Of a DNA stretch of 43,602 nt, positions 14,143-22,384 are shown in pieces. The notes beneath the pieces were generated by a model. It was not told where the DNA came from, did no database searches, and saw only the letters and a list, made by a program, of their open reading frames with translations. The stretch's first letter is position 1, and every line of letters begins with the position of its first letter. The position numbers and the translations under genes are program-made. Source of the stretch: Planctomycetota bacterium (lineage in GTDB: Bacteria; Planctomycetota; PLA2; JAEUHO01); contig JAQBWE010000001.1 in the NCBI GenBank assembly GCA_027625315.1, positions 1 through 43,602 of the forward strand, read 5' to 3'.

Positions 14143-15768
14143 GTGAGCCGACTCCTCTTGACCCACCTCGCTGCCATGGATGACCCCAAGGTCATCGGGG
14201 CCGTCTTTGCGATCCTGATGGGCTTCAGCCTGCTGCTGTTGCTCGTCAAGCGCTACAAGCGCTGCCCCTCCAACAAGATCCTTGTCGTCTACGGCAAGGT
14301 CGGCGGCGGCGGTGCGAGCAAGTGCATCCACGGCGGCGGCGCGTTCATCTGGCCGCTCATCCAGGACTACGACTATCTCGACCTGGAGCCCATTCAGATT
14401 GAGATTCCGCTCCGCGGCGCGCTGTCCATCGAGAACATCCGCGTCAACGTGCCTAGCGTCTTCACCGTCGCCATCGGCACCGAGCCGGCCGCGATGAACA
14501 ACGCCTCCGTGCGTTTGCTGGGCTTGCGCGAGCAGGACGTCCAGAGCCAGGCGCGCGACATCATCTTTGGCCAGCTGCGCCAGGTGATCGCCTCCATGCG
14601 CATTGAGGAGATCAATCGCGACCGCGATTCGTTCCTCGAGCGGATTCAGCAGTCGCTCGAGCCCGAACTGAAGAAGATCGGCCTCGTGCTCATCAACGTG
14701 AACATCACGGACATCACGGACGAGTCCGGCTACATCGAGGCGATCGGCCGCAAGGCGGCCGCGACGGCCATCCAGCAGGCCGAGATCGACGTGGCCGACC
14801 AGGAGAGGAAGGGCGCCGTCGGCGTTGCGCAGGCCAACCGGAGCCGTGAGGTCGAGGTCGCGAACGCGCACAAGGAGCGCGATATCGGCACCAAGTCCGC
14901 CGACAAGGAGCGCCTCGTGCAGGTCGCCATCCTCGACAAGGAAACGAAGATTGGTGAGCAGACCGCGGGCTTCCAGCGGGACTCCGAGGTCGCTGACGCC
15001 GAGCGCGAGAAGCGTATCCGCGTGGCGGACGCCGACGCGCGGGCCGTCGAAGGCGAGAACCAGAGCAAGGCGAAGATCGCCAAGGCCGAGGCCACTCTCC
15101 AGGTCGAGCGGGCCGAGGCGTACCAGCAAGGTGAGACGCGCAAGCGTGTCGCCGAGGCGGACGTGCTCAAAGCGCAGTACATCGCGCAGGCCGAGGCCGC
15201 GAAGGCCGAAGCCGCCAAGGTCGAGCAGGAGAAGATGGCCGACCTCGTAGCGCCCGCGCTGGCCCAGAAGGCGCGGGTCGTCGTCGAAGCCGAAGCCGAG
15301 GCGGAGCGCCGCCGGATCGAGGCCGAAGGCGATGCCAAGGCCATCTACGCACGCTTGGAAGCTGAGGCGCGGGGTCAGTACGAGATCCTGGCCAAAAAGG
15401 GTCAAGGCTTCGGGGAGATCGTCCGAGCCTGCGAGACCCCCCAAGCGGCCTTCCAGATGCTCATGCTCGAGAAGCTCGAGCGCCTCTCGGAGAATGCGGC
15501 CAAGGCGATCTCGAACATCAAGTTCGACAAGGTTGTCGTGTGGGACGGCGGCAAGGACGCCAAGGGCGGCAGCGCCACGTCGAACTTCCTCTCCAGCATG
15601 GCGGGCGCGCTGCCTCCGATGCTGCACATGATGCGCGACATCGGCGGCGTGGAGATGCCGGAGTTCTTCGGCAAGCTCGTGGACGACGCCGTCGAGAAGA
15701 AGATGGCCGGCGAAGACACGCCGCCGCCGAGCAAGGGCGGCCGCCCGAAATCGGGCGACGCTACGTAA
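14143..15768 (+). CDS. Flotillin-like SPFH/Band 7 protein (YqiK/FloT type)
   Basis: N-terminal membrane hairpin, an SPFH domain, and a long Glu/Ala-rich coiled-coil flotillin region (EAEAERRRIEAEGDAKAIYARLEAEA). The start could alternatively be the ATG at 14176. Confidence 0.85.
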   Translation: MSRLLLTHLAAMDDPKVIGAVFAILMGFSLLLLLVKRYKRCPSNKILVVYGKVGGGGASKCIHGGGAFIWPLIQDYDYLDLEPIQIEIPLRGALSIENIRVNVPSVFTVAIGTEPAAMNNASVRLLGLREQDVQSQARDIIFGQLRQVIASMRIEEINRDRDSFLERIQQSLEPELKKIGLVLINVNITDITDESGYIEAIGRKAAATAIQQAEIDVADQERKGAVGVAQANRSREVEVANAHKERDIGTKSADKERLVQVAILDKETKIGEQTAGFQRDSEVADAEREKRIRVADADARAVEGENQSKAKIAKAEATLQVERAEAYQQGETRKRVAEADVLKAQYIAQAEAAKAEAAKVEQEKMADLVAPALAQKARVVVEAEAEAERRRIEAEGDAKAIYARLEAEARGQYEILAKKGQGFGEIVRACETPQAAFQMLMLEKLERLSENAAKAISNIKFDKVVVWDGGKDAKGGSATSNFLSSMAGALPPMLHMMRDIGGVEMPEFFGKLVDDAVEKKMAGEDTPPPSKGGRPKSGDAT

Positions 15769-15775
15769 CGTTTCC

Positions 15776-16756
15776 TTGCAGCCGCTCGTCGTCTGGATCC
15801 CGCCGGAGGCCCAGGCGGAGCATGCTTTCGTCGAGGCGCTGCGGGTACGGCTGCCTGCTGGTGTCGGGCTTGAAGTGGGGGCCCGCGCCCCGGAGACCCA
15901 GGTGCTCGTTTGCGGCGTGCCCACCACGTCCATGCTGGCCGCCTGTCCGCGCCTCGAGCGTGTGATCGTGCCCTACGCCGGGGTTCCGCGGCGCACGCTC
16001 GAGGTCCTCGCGGCGCGCCCGGAGCTCGCCCTCCACAACCTCCATCACAATGCGCCGGCTGCGGCCGAGCTCGCCGTCGGGCTGCTCTTAGCCTCCGTCA
16101 AGGGCATCGTCCCGCACGACCGCGAGCTGCGGGCAGGCGTCTGGCACGGTCGCCACGCGCAGGCGAGGGCGCCGACGCTGGCGGGCCGGCATGCTCTTGT
16201 GCTCGGCTACGGCGCCATCGGACAGCGTGTCGCGCGCGCGCTGCTGGGGCTAGCGATGCGCGTGTCTGCGGTTCGCCGCGGGGCGGCCGACGGCGACCGG
16301 CACGGCATGGTCGCGCTGGCGCCGCCGAGTGCTCTGGACGCGCTCCTGCCGGAGGCCGACGCGGTGCTTGTGTGCCTGCCGCTGACGAGCGAGACCGAGG
16401 ATCTGCTCGACGCACGCCGACTCGCGTTGCTGCGCCCCGGCGCGCATCTCGTCAACGTGGGACGCGGTCGGATCGTGAATGAGTTCGCGCTATACGGCGC
16501 CCTGGCTGAGGGCCGCATGGCGGGGGCTGGCCTGGACGTGTGGTACCGGTACCCGGCGAAGGAGAGCGAGCGAGGCGCCACGCTGCCCGCGAGCATGCCG
16601 TTTCATGAACTCGAGAATGTTGTGCTGAGTCCGCACCGGGCCGGGCGGACGGTGGACTCGGAGGAGATGCGCGCGGCAGCCCTCGCGCGGCTGTTGCGCG
16701 CCGCCGTGGAAGGCCAGCCGGTCCCTCAGCGGGTCGATCTTGCCAGGGGTTACTGA
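15776..16756 (+). CDS. D-isomer-specific 2-hydroxyacid dehydrogenase family protein (NAD-binding)
   Basis: Rossmann motif LVLGYGAIGQRVA, then HLVNVGRGRIVNE...GAGLDVW and the catalytic region LSPHRAG. A TTG start is assumed 7 nt after the flotillin stop. Confidence 0.75.
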   Translation: MQPLVVWIPPEAQAEHAFVEALRVRLPAGVGLEVGARAPETQVLVCGVPTTSMLAACPRLERVIVPYAGVPRRTLEVLAARPELALHNLHHNAPAAAELAVGLLLASVKGIVPHDRELRAGVWHGRHAQARAPTLAGRHALVLGYGAIGQRVARALLGLAMRVSAVRRGAADGDRHGMVALAPPSALDALLPEADAVLVCLPLTSETEDLLDARRLALLRPGAHLVNVGRGRIVNEFALYGALAEGRMAGAGLDVWYRYPAKESERGATLPASMPFHELENVVLSPHRAGRTVDSEEMRAAALARLLRAAVEGQPVPQRVDLARGY

Positions 16757-16760
16757 GAGC

Positions 16761-17537
16761 ATGAGCGCTGCGCCGTTCGCCTTGCCCGCCGACCTACTGG
16801 CCTACCTGCGCACGGTGAAGTCCATCGGCGTCATCACCGGGGCCGGCGTCTCCGCGGAGAGCGGCATCCAGACCTACCGCGGTCGCGGGGGGCTCTACGA
16901 CGACGAGGGCGAGGGCGAGCGAACGGTCGAGGCCCTGAGCGCCCCGACACTGCGGCGCGATCCGGATCGCACGTGGCGGGTCGTGGCGGATCTCGCGCGT
17001 CGCGCCTTGGCGGCACAGCCCGGCGCAGCGCACACGGCGCTGGTCGGGCTGGAGCAGGCACTTGATCGCTTCATCTTGCTGAGCCAGAACATGGACGGCC
17101 TGCACCGCCTGGCGGGCTCTCGCAACCGAATCGACATCCACGGCGACGTACGTGACGTGCGCTGTGAGAGTTGCGGCTACCGCGGCGAGCTCGCGCCGGA
17201 GACCCTGCAGGGCCTGCAGGCGACGCCCCCCTGTCCGGCGTGCGGGGCGGGGCTTCGTCCGGACGTCGTGCTGTTCGGGGAGATCCTGCCAACCGCGAAG
17301 GTCGAACAGATGCTCGCGGAGTTCTATGAGGATCCGCCGGAGCTCCTCCTCATCGCAGGCACTTCGGCCGCGTTCCCGTACATCGTGGAGCCGGTCCTGC
17401 GCGCGGCGCGCGCGGGGCGCCCGACGATCGAGGTGAACCCCGAGGAAACGGACTTGAGCCCGCACGTGCGCTGGTCGTTGCGCGGCCCCGCCGGCGTTGT
17501 GCTCCCGGCCATCGCCGCCGTGATGAGCACAGGTTGA
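16761..17537 (+). CDS. NAD-dependent protein deacylase, Sir2 family (sirtuin 2)
   Basis: GAGVSAESGIQTYRG, SQNMDGLHRLAG, DIHGD, and a Zn ribbon CESCG...CPACG. The ATG lies 4 nt after the dehydrogenase stop. Confidence 0.85.
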   Translation: MSAAPFALPADLLAYLRTVKSIGVITGAGVSAESGIQTYRGRGGLYDDEGEGERTVEALSAPTLRRDPDRTWRVVADLARRALAAQPGAAHTALVGLEQALDRFILLSQNMDGLHRLAGSRNRIDIHGDVRDVRCESCGYRGELAPETLQGLQATPPCPACGAGLRPDVVLFGEILPTAKVEQMLAEFYEDPPELLLIAGTSAAFPYIVEPVLRAARAGRPTIEVNPEETDLSPHVRWSLRGPAGVVLPAIAAVMSTG

Positions 17538-17568
17538 GCAAGGCGGCGCCGCGACGCACAATGCGCCC

Positions 17569-18279
17569 ATGAGTGAGGCGCGCGGCGGACTAGAGCAGTG
17601 GATCGACGCCTTGCGGGCAAGCGCGGAGGACGCGCGCCTCTCCCGTGGCGAGCGCAAGGCCCTGGGCGCCCTGCTCGGAGCAGCGGACCTCGACGACCAC
17701 GCACGCGCGCTTCTGCGGGGCGAGGCGTTTCGGCTTGCACGCGAAGCGCTGGACTCGCCGGCCGCGAGCGCCGCGCTCGATTGGCTCGGAGACGTGCTCG
17801 GGGTCATTGCCCGGGCAGGGCCTGAGGTCGCACCGCTGGCGGTAGAGAGTCAGGCCTGGTTCGGCCCGGGCGATCAGCCGCTGCGGGCGCTCGTTCAGGA
17901 GATGCGGCGCGCGCGTTTGTCGGCCGACATCTGCGTGTTCATCTTGACCGACGACCGCCTGAGCGACGGCTTGGCCGGGCTCGCTCGGCGGGGCGTGCAA
18001 GTGCGGGTCATCACCGACGATGCGAAGGCCGGCGACCTTGGATCGGATGTCGAGCGCCTACGGACCGCGGGACTGCGCGTTGTGGCCGACGCGTCGCCCG
18101 CGCACATGCATCACAAGTTCTGTGTGTTCGACCGTCGGCGATTGTTGACCGGGAGTTTCAATTGGACGCGCGCAGCCACGGACTCGAACTACGAGAATCT
18201 GCTTCTGACGACGGAGCCTGGCCTCGTGCGCGCGTTTCAAGAAGAGTTCGAGCGTCTCTGGCTGAAGTTCGGCGGCTGA
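17569..18279 (+). CDS. Single-HKD phospholipase D superfamily protein (Nuc / Zucchini-cardiolipin hydrolase-like) with an unassigned ~95-aa N-terminal helical domain
   Basis: HKD motif HMHHKFCVFDRRRLLTGSFNWT. No signal peptide. Confidence 0.75.
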   Translation: MSEARGGLEQWIDALRASAEDARLSRGERKALGALLGAADLDDHARALLRGEAFRLAREALDSPAASAALDWLGDVLGVIARAGPEVAPLAVESQAWFGPGDQPLRALVQEMRRARLSADICVFILTDDRLSDGLAGLARRGVQVRVITDDAKAGDLGSDVERLRTAGLRVVADASPAHMHHKFCVFDRRRLLTGSFNWTRAATDSNYENLLLTTEPGLVRAFQEEFERLWLKFGG

Positions 18280-18280
18280 C

Positions 18281-19714
18281 CTACTTCGTTTCGTCGAGCC
18301 AGCGGCGCAGGCGCAGCTCGAGCGACGCCATGTCGAGCCCGAGTGCGCCCTCGACGATCTCGTCGGCACGTTTGCCCGCACCCACGGCCTCAAGGACTGC
18401 GGCCACCTGCTCGGGACGGCCCTCAAGGATGTAGGCGGCCAACAGGAAGCTGGCCAGTAGGTCCTCGGTGTCCATCTGGTTGACTTCTTTGCCGAGGAGC
18501 AACCGCAAGTCCGGGGCCCGAGGACCAGCGAGCAAGGTGCGGCCCAGAGCGCGCCAGTCCGCACCCTCAGCCGTGAGCTTCTCCCAGAGGTCGCCATCGC
18601 GATCGGTGCTGCCGTCGTACTGCGTGCGTCGAACGTAGAACGTCTGGCGCTCGCCCGTCAACAGGTGCCCGAGATAGAGCCCGAACCCCTCAAAGGCCCA
18701 GCCTTGCGCCGTGCGGACACTGAAGCGCCGGCGCAGGAGTGAGCCCATCGTCTGGCGACCGACCCACTCGAGTCGGCGAGCGGCTTCGGCGCTTCGGGCG
18801 TAGGCCGTGGTGGTCTTTGGAAACCAGCCCGAGGCCAGGTTCTTGGCAAACGCCCGAAACTCTGCCGTGCTGGCCGGATGACTCTCGAGCAGCGTGTCGC
18901 GTTCCGTGTCCGTGCACACCAGCATGAACACATAGTTGGGCATCTCAGGCACAGGATTGCCGTAGGCGGCTTCGAACAGCGGGAATGCGGCGGTGGCGAT
19001 GCCGTGCGCGCGACTGGCTTCGGCGGCTTCAACCGTGCCGACCACGCGTACGCGGGCGCCCTGCAGGATGGTCTTCCAGGCGATTCGCGTGGCGTTCTCG
19101 GTGCGATTGGGGCGATCCTCCCTCGCCGCAGGCGCGTCGGCGAGCGCGTCGGCGGCGGCCTGCTTAAGCGCCCCGCGTCGCGTTGCCGCCTTGAGGCTCT
19201 CGCGCAGGATCCACGGACCCTCCGCCGTCTGCACCTCCCCATGCAACTCGCGCACGTCGGCGCGGTGCGGCGCCACGAGCGCCACCTCCTGGAGCAAGGT
19301 CGCGCGGAGGGCCGCAGTCAGGGCCGGCTCGCGTGCGGCGATCCACGCCAGCGTGTCGTCGGCGAAGCGGTTGCCGTAGGCCTCGCGACTCGCGACGATC
19401 TCGGCGCTCACCGTCTTCATGTTGCGCGGCGGTTTGTAGCCGGCAGGCCGTTCCCAGGCGCCCTCGCGCGTCCGCTTGAACTTGAGCCACTTGCGCGCGT
19501 CGGGGTGATCGGGCGCGAACCGAAGCAGCAACTCGTAGGTCTCGTTGCGCTCCTTGAACAGCTTGGCCGCTTGGCAAGCGGTGCCGAACTCGTCGAGATC
19601 CGCGACCAAGCGGGCGATGCGAGCCTCCCGATCCGGGGGCTCCGCGCCCACGGGCTGGGGCGCCGCCACCAGAAGGCAGACCGCAAGCAAGAGGACGAGG
19701 CCGGCGCGACTCAT
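18281..19714 (-). CDS. Secreted protein of unknown function
   Basis: Clear signal peptide (MSRAGLVLLLAVCLLVAAPQPVGAEPP). The coding composition is balanced compared with the Arg/Pro/Gly-rich alternative-frame ORFs. I recognise no family motif. Confidence 0.6.
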   Translation of the reverse strand: MSRAGLVLLLAVCLLVAAPQPVGAEPPDREARIARLVADLDEFGTACQAAKLFKERNETYELLLRFAPDHPDARKWLKFKRTREGAWERPAGYKPPRNMKTVSAEIVASREAYGNRFADDTLAWIAAREPALTAALRATLLQEVALVAPHRADVRELHGEVQTAEGPWILRESLKAATRRGALKQAAADALADAPAAREDRPNRTENATRIAWKTILQGARVRVVGTVEAAEASRAHGIATAAFPLFEAAYGNPVPEMPNYVFMLVCTDTERDTLLESHPASTAEFRAFAKNLASGWFPKTTTAYARSAEAARRLEWVGRQTMGSLLRRRFSVRTAQGWAFEGFGLYLGHLLTGERQTFYVRRTQYDGSTDRDGDLWEKLTAEGADWRALGRTLLAGPRAPDLRLLLGKEVNQMDTEDLLASFLLAAYILEGRPEQVAAVLEAVGAGKRADEIVEGALGLDMASLELRLRRWLDETK

Positions 19715-19894
19715 GCCTGCATGCTAACGCCGTGACCATGGCCCCGGGTGCATGGCTCTGCGGAAGATGATCCGCTGCGAGCGTCCTCCATCGACGTTTC
19801 AGGAGGTGCCACGAGACCGTGCCCCGGGCGTTCCGGGCGCACGGCCCTCTGGTCGCCGGGTCTCCAAATGCGGGGGAGGCCCGGCACTTTCATT

Positions 19895-19942
19895 TTTGGA
19901 GCCATCGAGGCTGGGCTCTTTGGAGCCGGAGCGGCTGGACTC
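19895..19942. repeat. 24-bp tandem direct repeat x2 in a divergent promoter region
   Basis: tttggagccatcgaggctgggctc / tttggagccggagcggctggactc (19/24 identical). tctccaaa at 19861 is an inverted copy of the unit start. Confidence 0.8.
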
Positions 19943-20017
19943 TTTTGATCGTCAGTGGAACGGACTTTGGACCTGCACGGCCCGGCGATCGTCGTTCTCA
20001 TGGGGACGGGAGACGCC

Positions 20018-21598
20018 ATGAATCCATTCCATGCTGGCCGCGCCGTGTTCCTCGGCCCCGTCGCCTGCCTGTTGCTCGCCCTGGCCTTGCCGGCGAGCGC
20101 GGGGGAACTCGGCCCGTGGCGGGAGGCGCTGGAGAGCCCCACCCACGCCGGAGCCCGCGAGGCTCCTACGCTGCCCGCCGTCATGACGCTGCGCGAAGCC
20201 GCTCGGCGGGGTCTGGTGGCTGCCGAAGGATTCGACCCGGGCTCGTACAAGAGCGTCCGCCTGCGCGTGCGCAATCTCGGAGAAGAACCCCTCCGGGTCG
20301 ACATCTGTGGCTCGCATCTCGAACCCGAGGAGCGCGGCTCTTGCCAACGCCTGGGGCTCGGGCCCGTCGTCACCCCGCGGGAGAAGAAGCTCGGACCTCA
20401 GCACCGCCGGCCCCCGGAGACCCCGCCGGGCACCGTCATCATCGGCCTCGAGGCCGGAGAAGAGCAGGTGGTGCACGTGAACACGTGTTGTTGTGACGCC
20501 GGCAAGCCCGCGCCGTCCACCCAGCGATTCACCGTGGCGCTTGAGGCTCTCGAGGGCGTCCGGGTTCAAGCGCTGCGCTGGTGGGCCGACAACCCGACCG
20601 CACGCCAAGGCGTCGTGAATCGCGCCATCTGGCAGTTCCAGCCGGTAGACGCTTCCGCGGCCGCGCGTTCGGCGGCGTCCACGCGCCGGTTCGTCGGAGG
20701 TTCCGCGGTCGCGGCGCATGCTGGCGTCGTCTACCTGCTACGGCGGGGCGAGCTGATGGCGCGTGATCCCGACGGCATCGAGCGCTTCTTGGGCACCGAA
20801 ATGGAGGCCGTCTTCCCGACCGACAGCGCTATCTACGCGATCGCGCCGGGTTCCGTGGAGGGTTCGCGCGAGCTGTGGCGGCTCGTGCCGACAGGTGAGG
20901 ATCCTTGGGCACGCGTCGCGCGCCTGAGCCCTGCACTACACCTCGACGACATCCGCGTGTCCCCGACCGGCGCCATCTTCGCGCTGGGCTCTGAGGGGCT
21001 GTATCTCGTCGATCCGAGACTCCAAAAGGTGACATTGCTGCTCGCGGCAACGGAGCGCGACAACTTGGCGATCGCGTTCCCCGATCGCACCACGGCACTG
21101 GTGACAAGCCGCAGGCCGGGCAGCGGCGGCTACCACCAGGGCGGTGAGCGCAAGGGCGAGAAGATGCCCGTGTGCGAGGTCTATGAGATTGACCTCCGCG
21201 GCGGCGTGGGTCGCCCCGAGCTGAGCCGGGAATTCTGGAACGTACGTCAGGTGCTCGCGGGAGATGCGGGCGTCTTCGCCCTGTCGCCGGGCGGCAAGCT
21301 GCGCCGCCTGGTGGGTCGCTCCTTCCGCAACGCCCCCGGCCAGACGACCTATGAGCGCATCGTGCACGTTGGCCGGCACCACGCGTGGCTGGAGACCAAG
21401 CAGGGTCTTCTGGAGGCCGTCGATGCCGCCGGGCGCGCCCTGGAGGGCTCGGCGCCGCAGTTGCCTGAGGCTGGCGCGTTCGCGTTCGACGATCACGATG
21501 ACCGGCTCGTCTGGCGGGCAGGCGAGGCCTATTGGGCCCTGTCCGCCAAGGGCGGCAAGCGCGTCTCGGTTGCTCCGCCGCCGCTCCGCCGCCGCTAA
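20018..21598 (+). CDS. Secreted protein of unknown function
   Basis: Signal peptide (FLGPVACLLLALALPASAGE) from the internal ATG 20018, preceded by GGGAG. The C-terminal two thirds look like repeated beta-strand (propeller-like) units. No recognised motif. Confidence 0.6.
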   Translation: MNPFHAGRAVFLGPVACLLLALALPASAGELGPWREALESPTHAGAREAPTLPAVMTLREAARRGLVAAEGFDPGSYKSVRLRVRNLGEEPLRVDICGSHLEPEERGSCQRLGLGPVVTPREKKLGPQHRRPPETPPGTVIIGLEAGEEQVVHVNTCCCDAGKPAPSTQRFTVALEALEGVRVQALRWWADNPTARQGVVNRAIWQFQPVDASAAARSAASTRRFVGGSAVAAHAGVVYLLRRGELMARDPDGIERFLGTEMEAVFPTDSAIYAIAPGSVEGSRELWRLVPTGEDPWARVARLSPALHLDDIRVSPTGAIFALGSEGLYLVDPRLQKVTLLLAATERDNLAIAFPDRTTALVTSRRPGSGGYHQGGERKGEKMPVCEVYEIDLRGGVGRPELSREFWNVRQVLAGDAGVFALSPGGKLRRLVGRSFRNAPGQTTYERIVHVGRHHAWLETKQGLLEAVDAAGRALEGSAPQLPEAGAFAFDDHDDRLVWRAGEAYWALSAKGGKRVSVAPPPLRRR

Positions 21599-21683
21599 GG
21601 CCAGATGGAGGCAACGCGCATCTCGCAAAGCATGTTGAAACAAGTATCATGGCCGACGCGTCGGTAGGCGCGGAGGACATCCG

Positions 21684-22382
21684 ATGATCACGATCAGACG
21701 CTCCCGAGACCGCGGCCACCGAGACTTCGGCTGGCTGTCAGCCCGCCACACCTTCAGCTTCGGCAGTTACCACGACGCCCGCTGGATGGGCTTTCGCCAT
21801 CTGCGCGTCTTGAATGAGGACTGGATCCAGCCCGCCAAGGGGTTCGGGATGCATCCCCACGAGGACATGGAGATCATCACCTACGTCCTCGAGGGCGCGC
21901 TGCGGCACGCCGACAGCGTTGGCAACAAGGGCGTGATTCGTCCGTGGCAAGTGCAGCGCATGAGCGCCGGACGCGGGATTCGGCACAGCGAGTTCAATGC
22001 GTCGGCGAAGGAGCCGGTGCACCTCATGCAGATCTGGCTGCTGCCGGACAAGCGCGGCCACAAGCCCAGCTACGAGGACAAGACGTTCGCGCCGGAAACC
22101 CGTCGTAACCGGCTGGCCCTCGTGGCCTCGCCCGATGGGGCCGACGGCTCGGTCACGATCCACCAAGACGCGCGGCTCTACGCCACGGTTCTCGAGAAGG
22201 ACAAGAAGCTCGTGTACGCGCCGGCCACGGGGCGCCATGTGTGGATCCAGATTGCGCGCGGCCGGGTCCGCCTAGGCGAGCAGGTGCTTGAGGAGGGCGA
22301 CGGCGCGGCGATCCACGGCGAGAAGAAGCTGGCCCTCGAGGCGCTCGACGGTGCCGAGCTGCTGCTGTTCGATCTGGCGTAG
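21684..22382 (+). CDS. Pirin family protein (bicupin, quercetinase-like)
   Basis: HPHEDMEIITYVLEGALRHADSVGN metal-binding cupin motif. The length is typical of YhhW-type pirins. Confidence 0.85.
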   Translation: MITIRRSRDRGHRDFGWLSARHTFSFGSYHDARWMGFRHLRVLNEDWIQPAKGFGMHPHEDMEIITYVLEGALRHADSVGNKGVIRPWQVQRMSAGRGIRHSEFNASAKEPVHLMQIWLLPDKRGHKPSYEDKTFAPETRRNRLALVASPDGADGSVTIHQDARLYATVLEKDKKLVYAPATGRHVWIQIARGRVRLGEQVLEEGDGAAIHGEKKLALEALDGAELLLFDLA

Positions 22383-22384
22383 CG

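Noticed and set aside
14101-15933. 610-aa ORF antisense to the flotillin gene.
   Set aside because: It is the mirror image of the Glu/Ala-rich coiled-coil coding sequence (Leu/Arg/Gly/Asp-rich junk). The flotillin frame has SPFH motifs, an RBS and operon context.
16761-18279. Sir2 + PLD-nuclease as an NAD-depletion/abortive-infection phage-defence pair (Thoeris/DSR-like logic).
   Set aside because: Both sirtuins are small canonical deacylases with an intact zinc ribbon and no fused sensor or effector domains. The neighbourhood lacks other defence or mobile genes, and the pair sits in a flotillin operon. I cannot fully exclude this without neighbourhood statistics, but the sequence does not support it.
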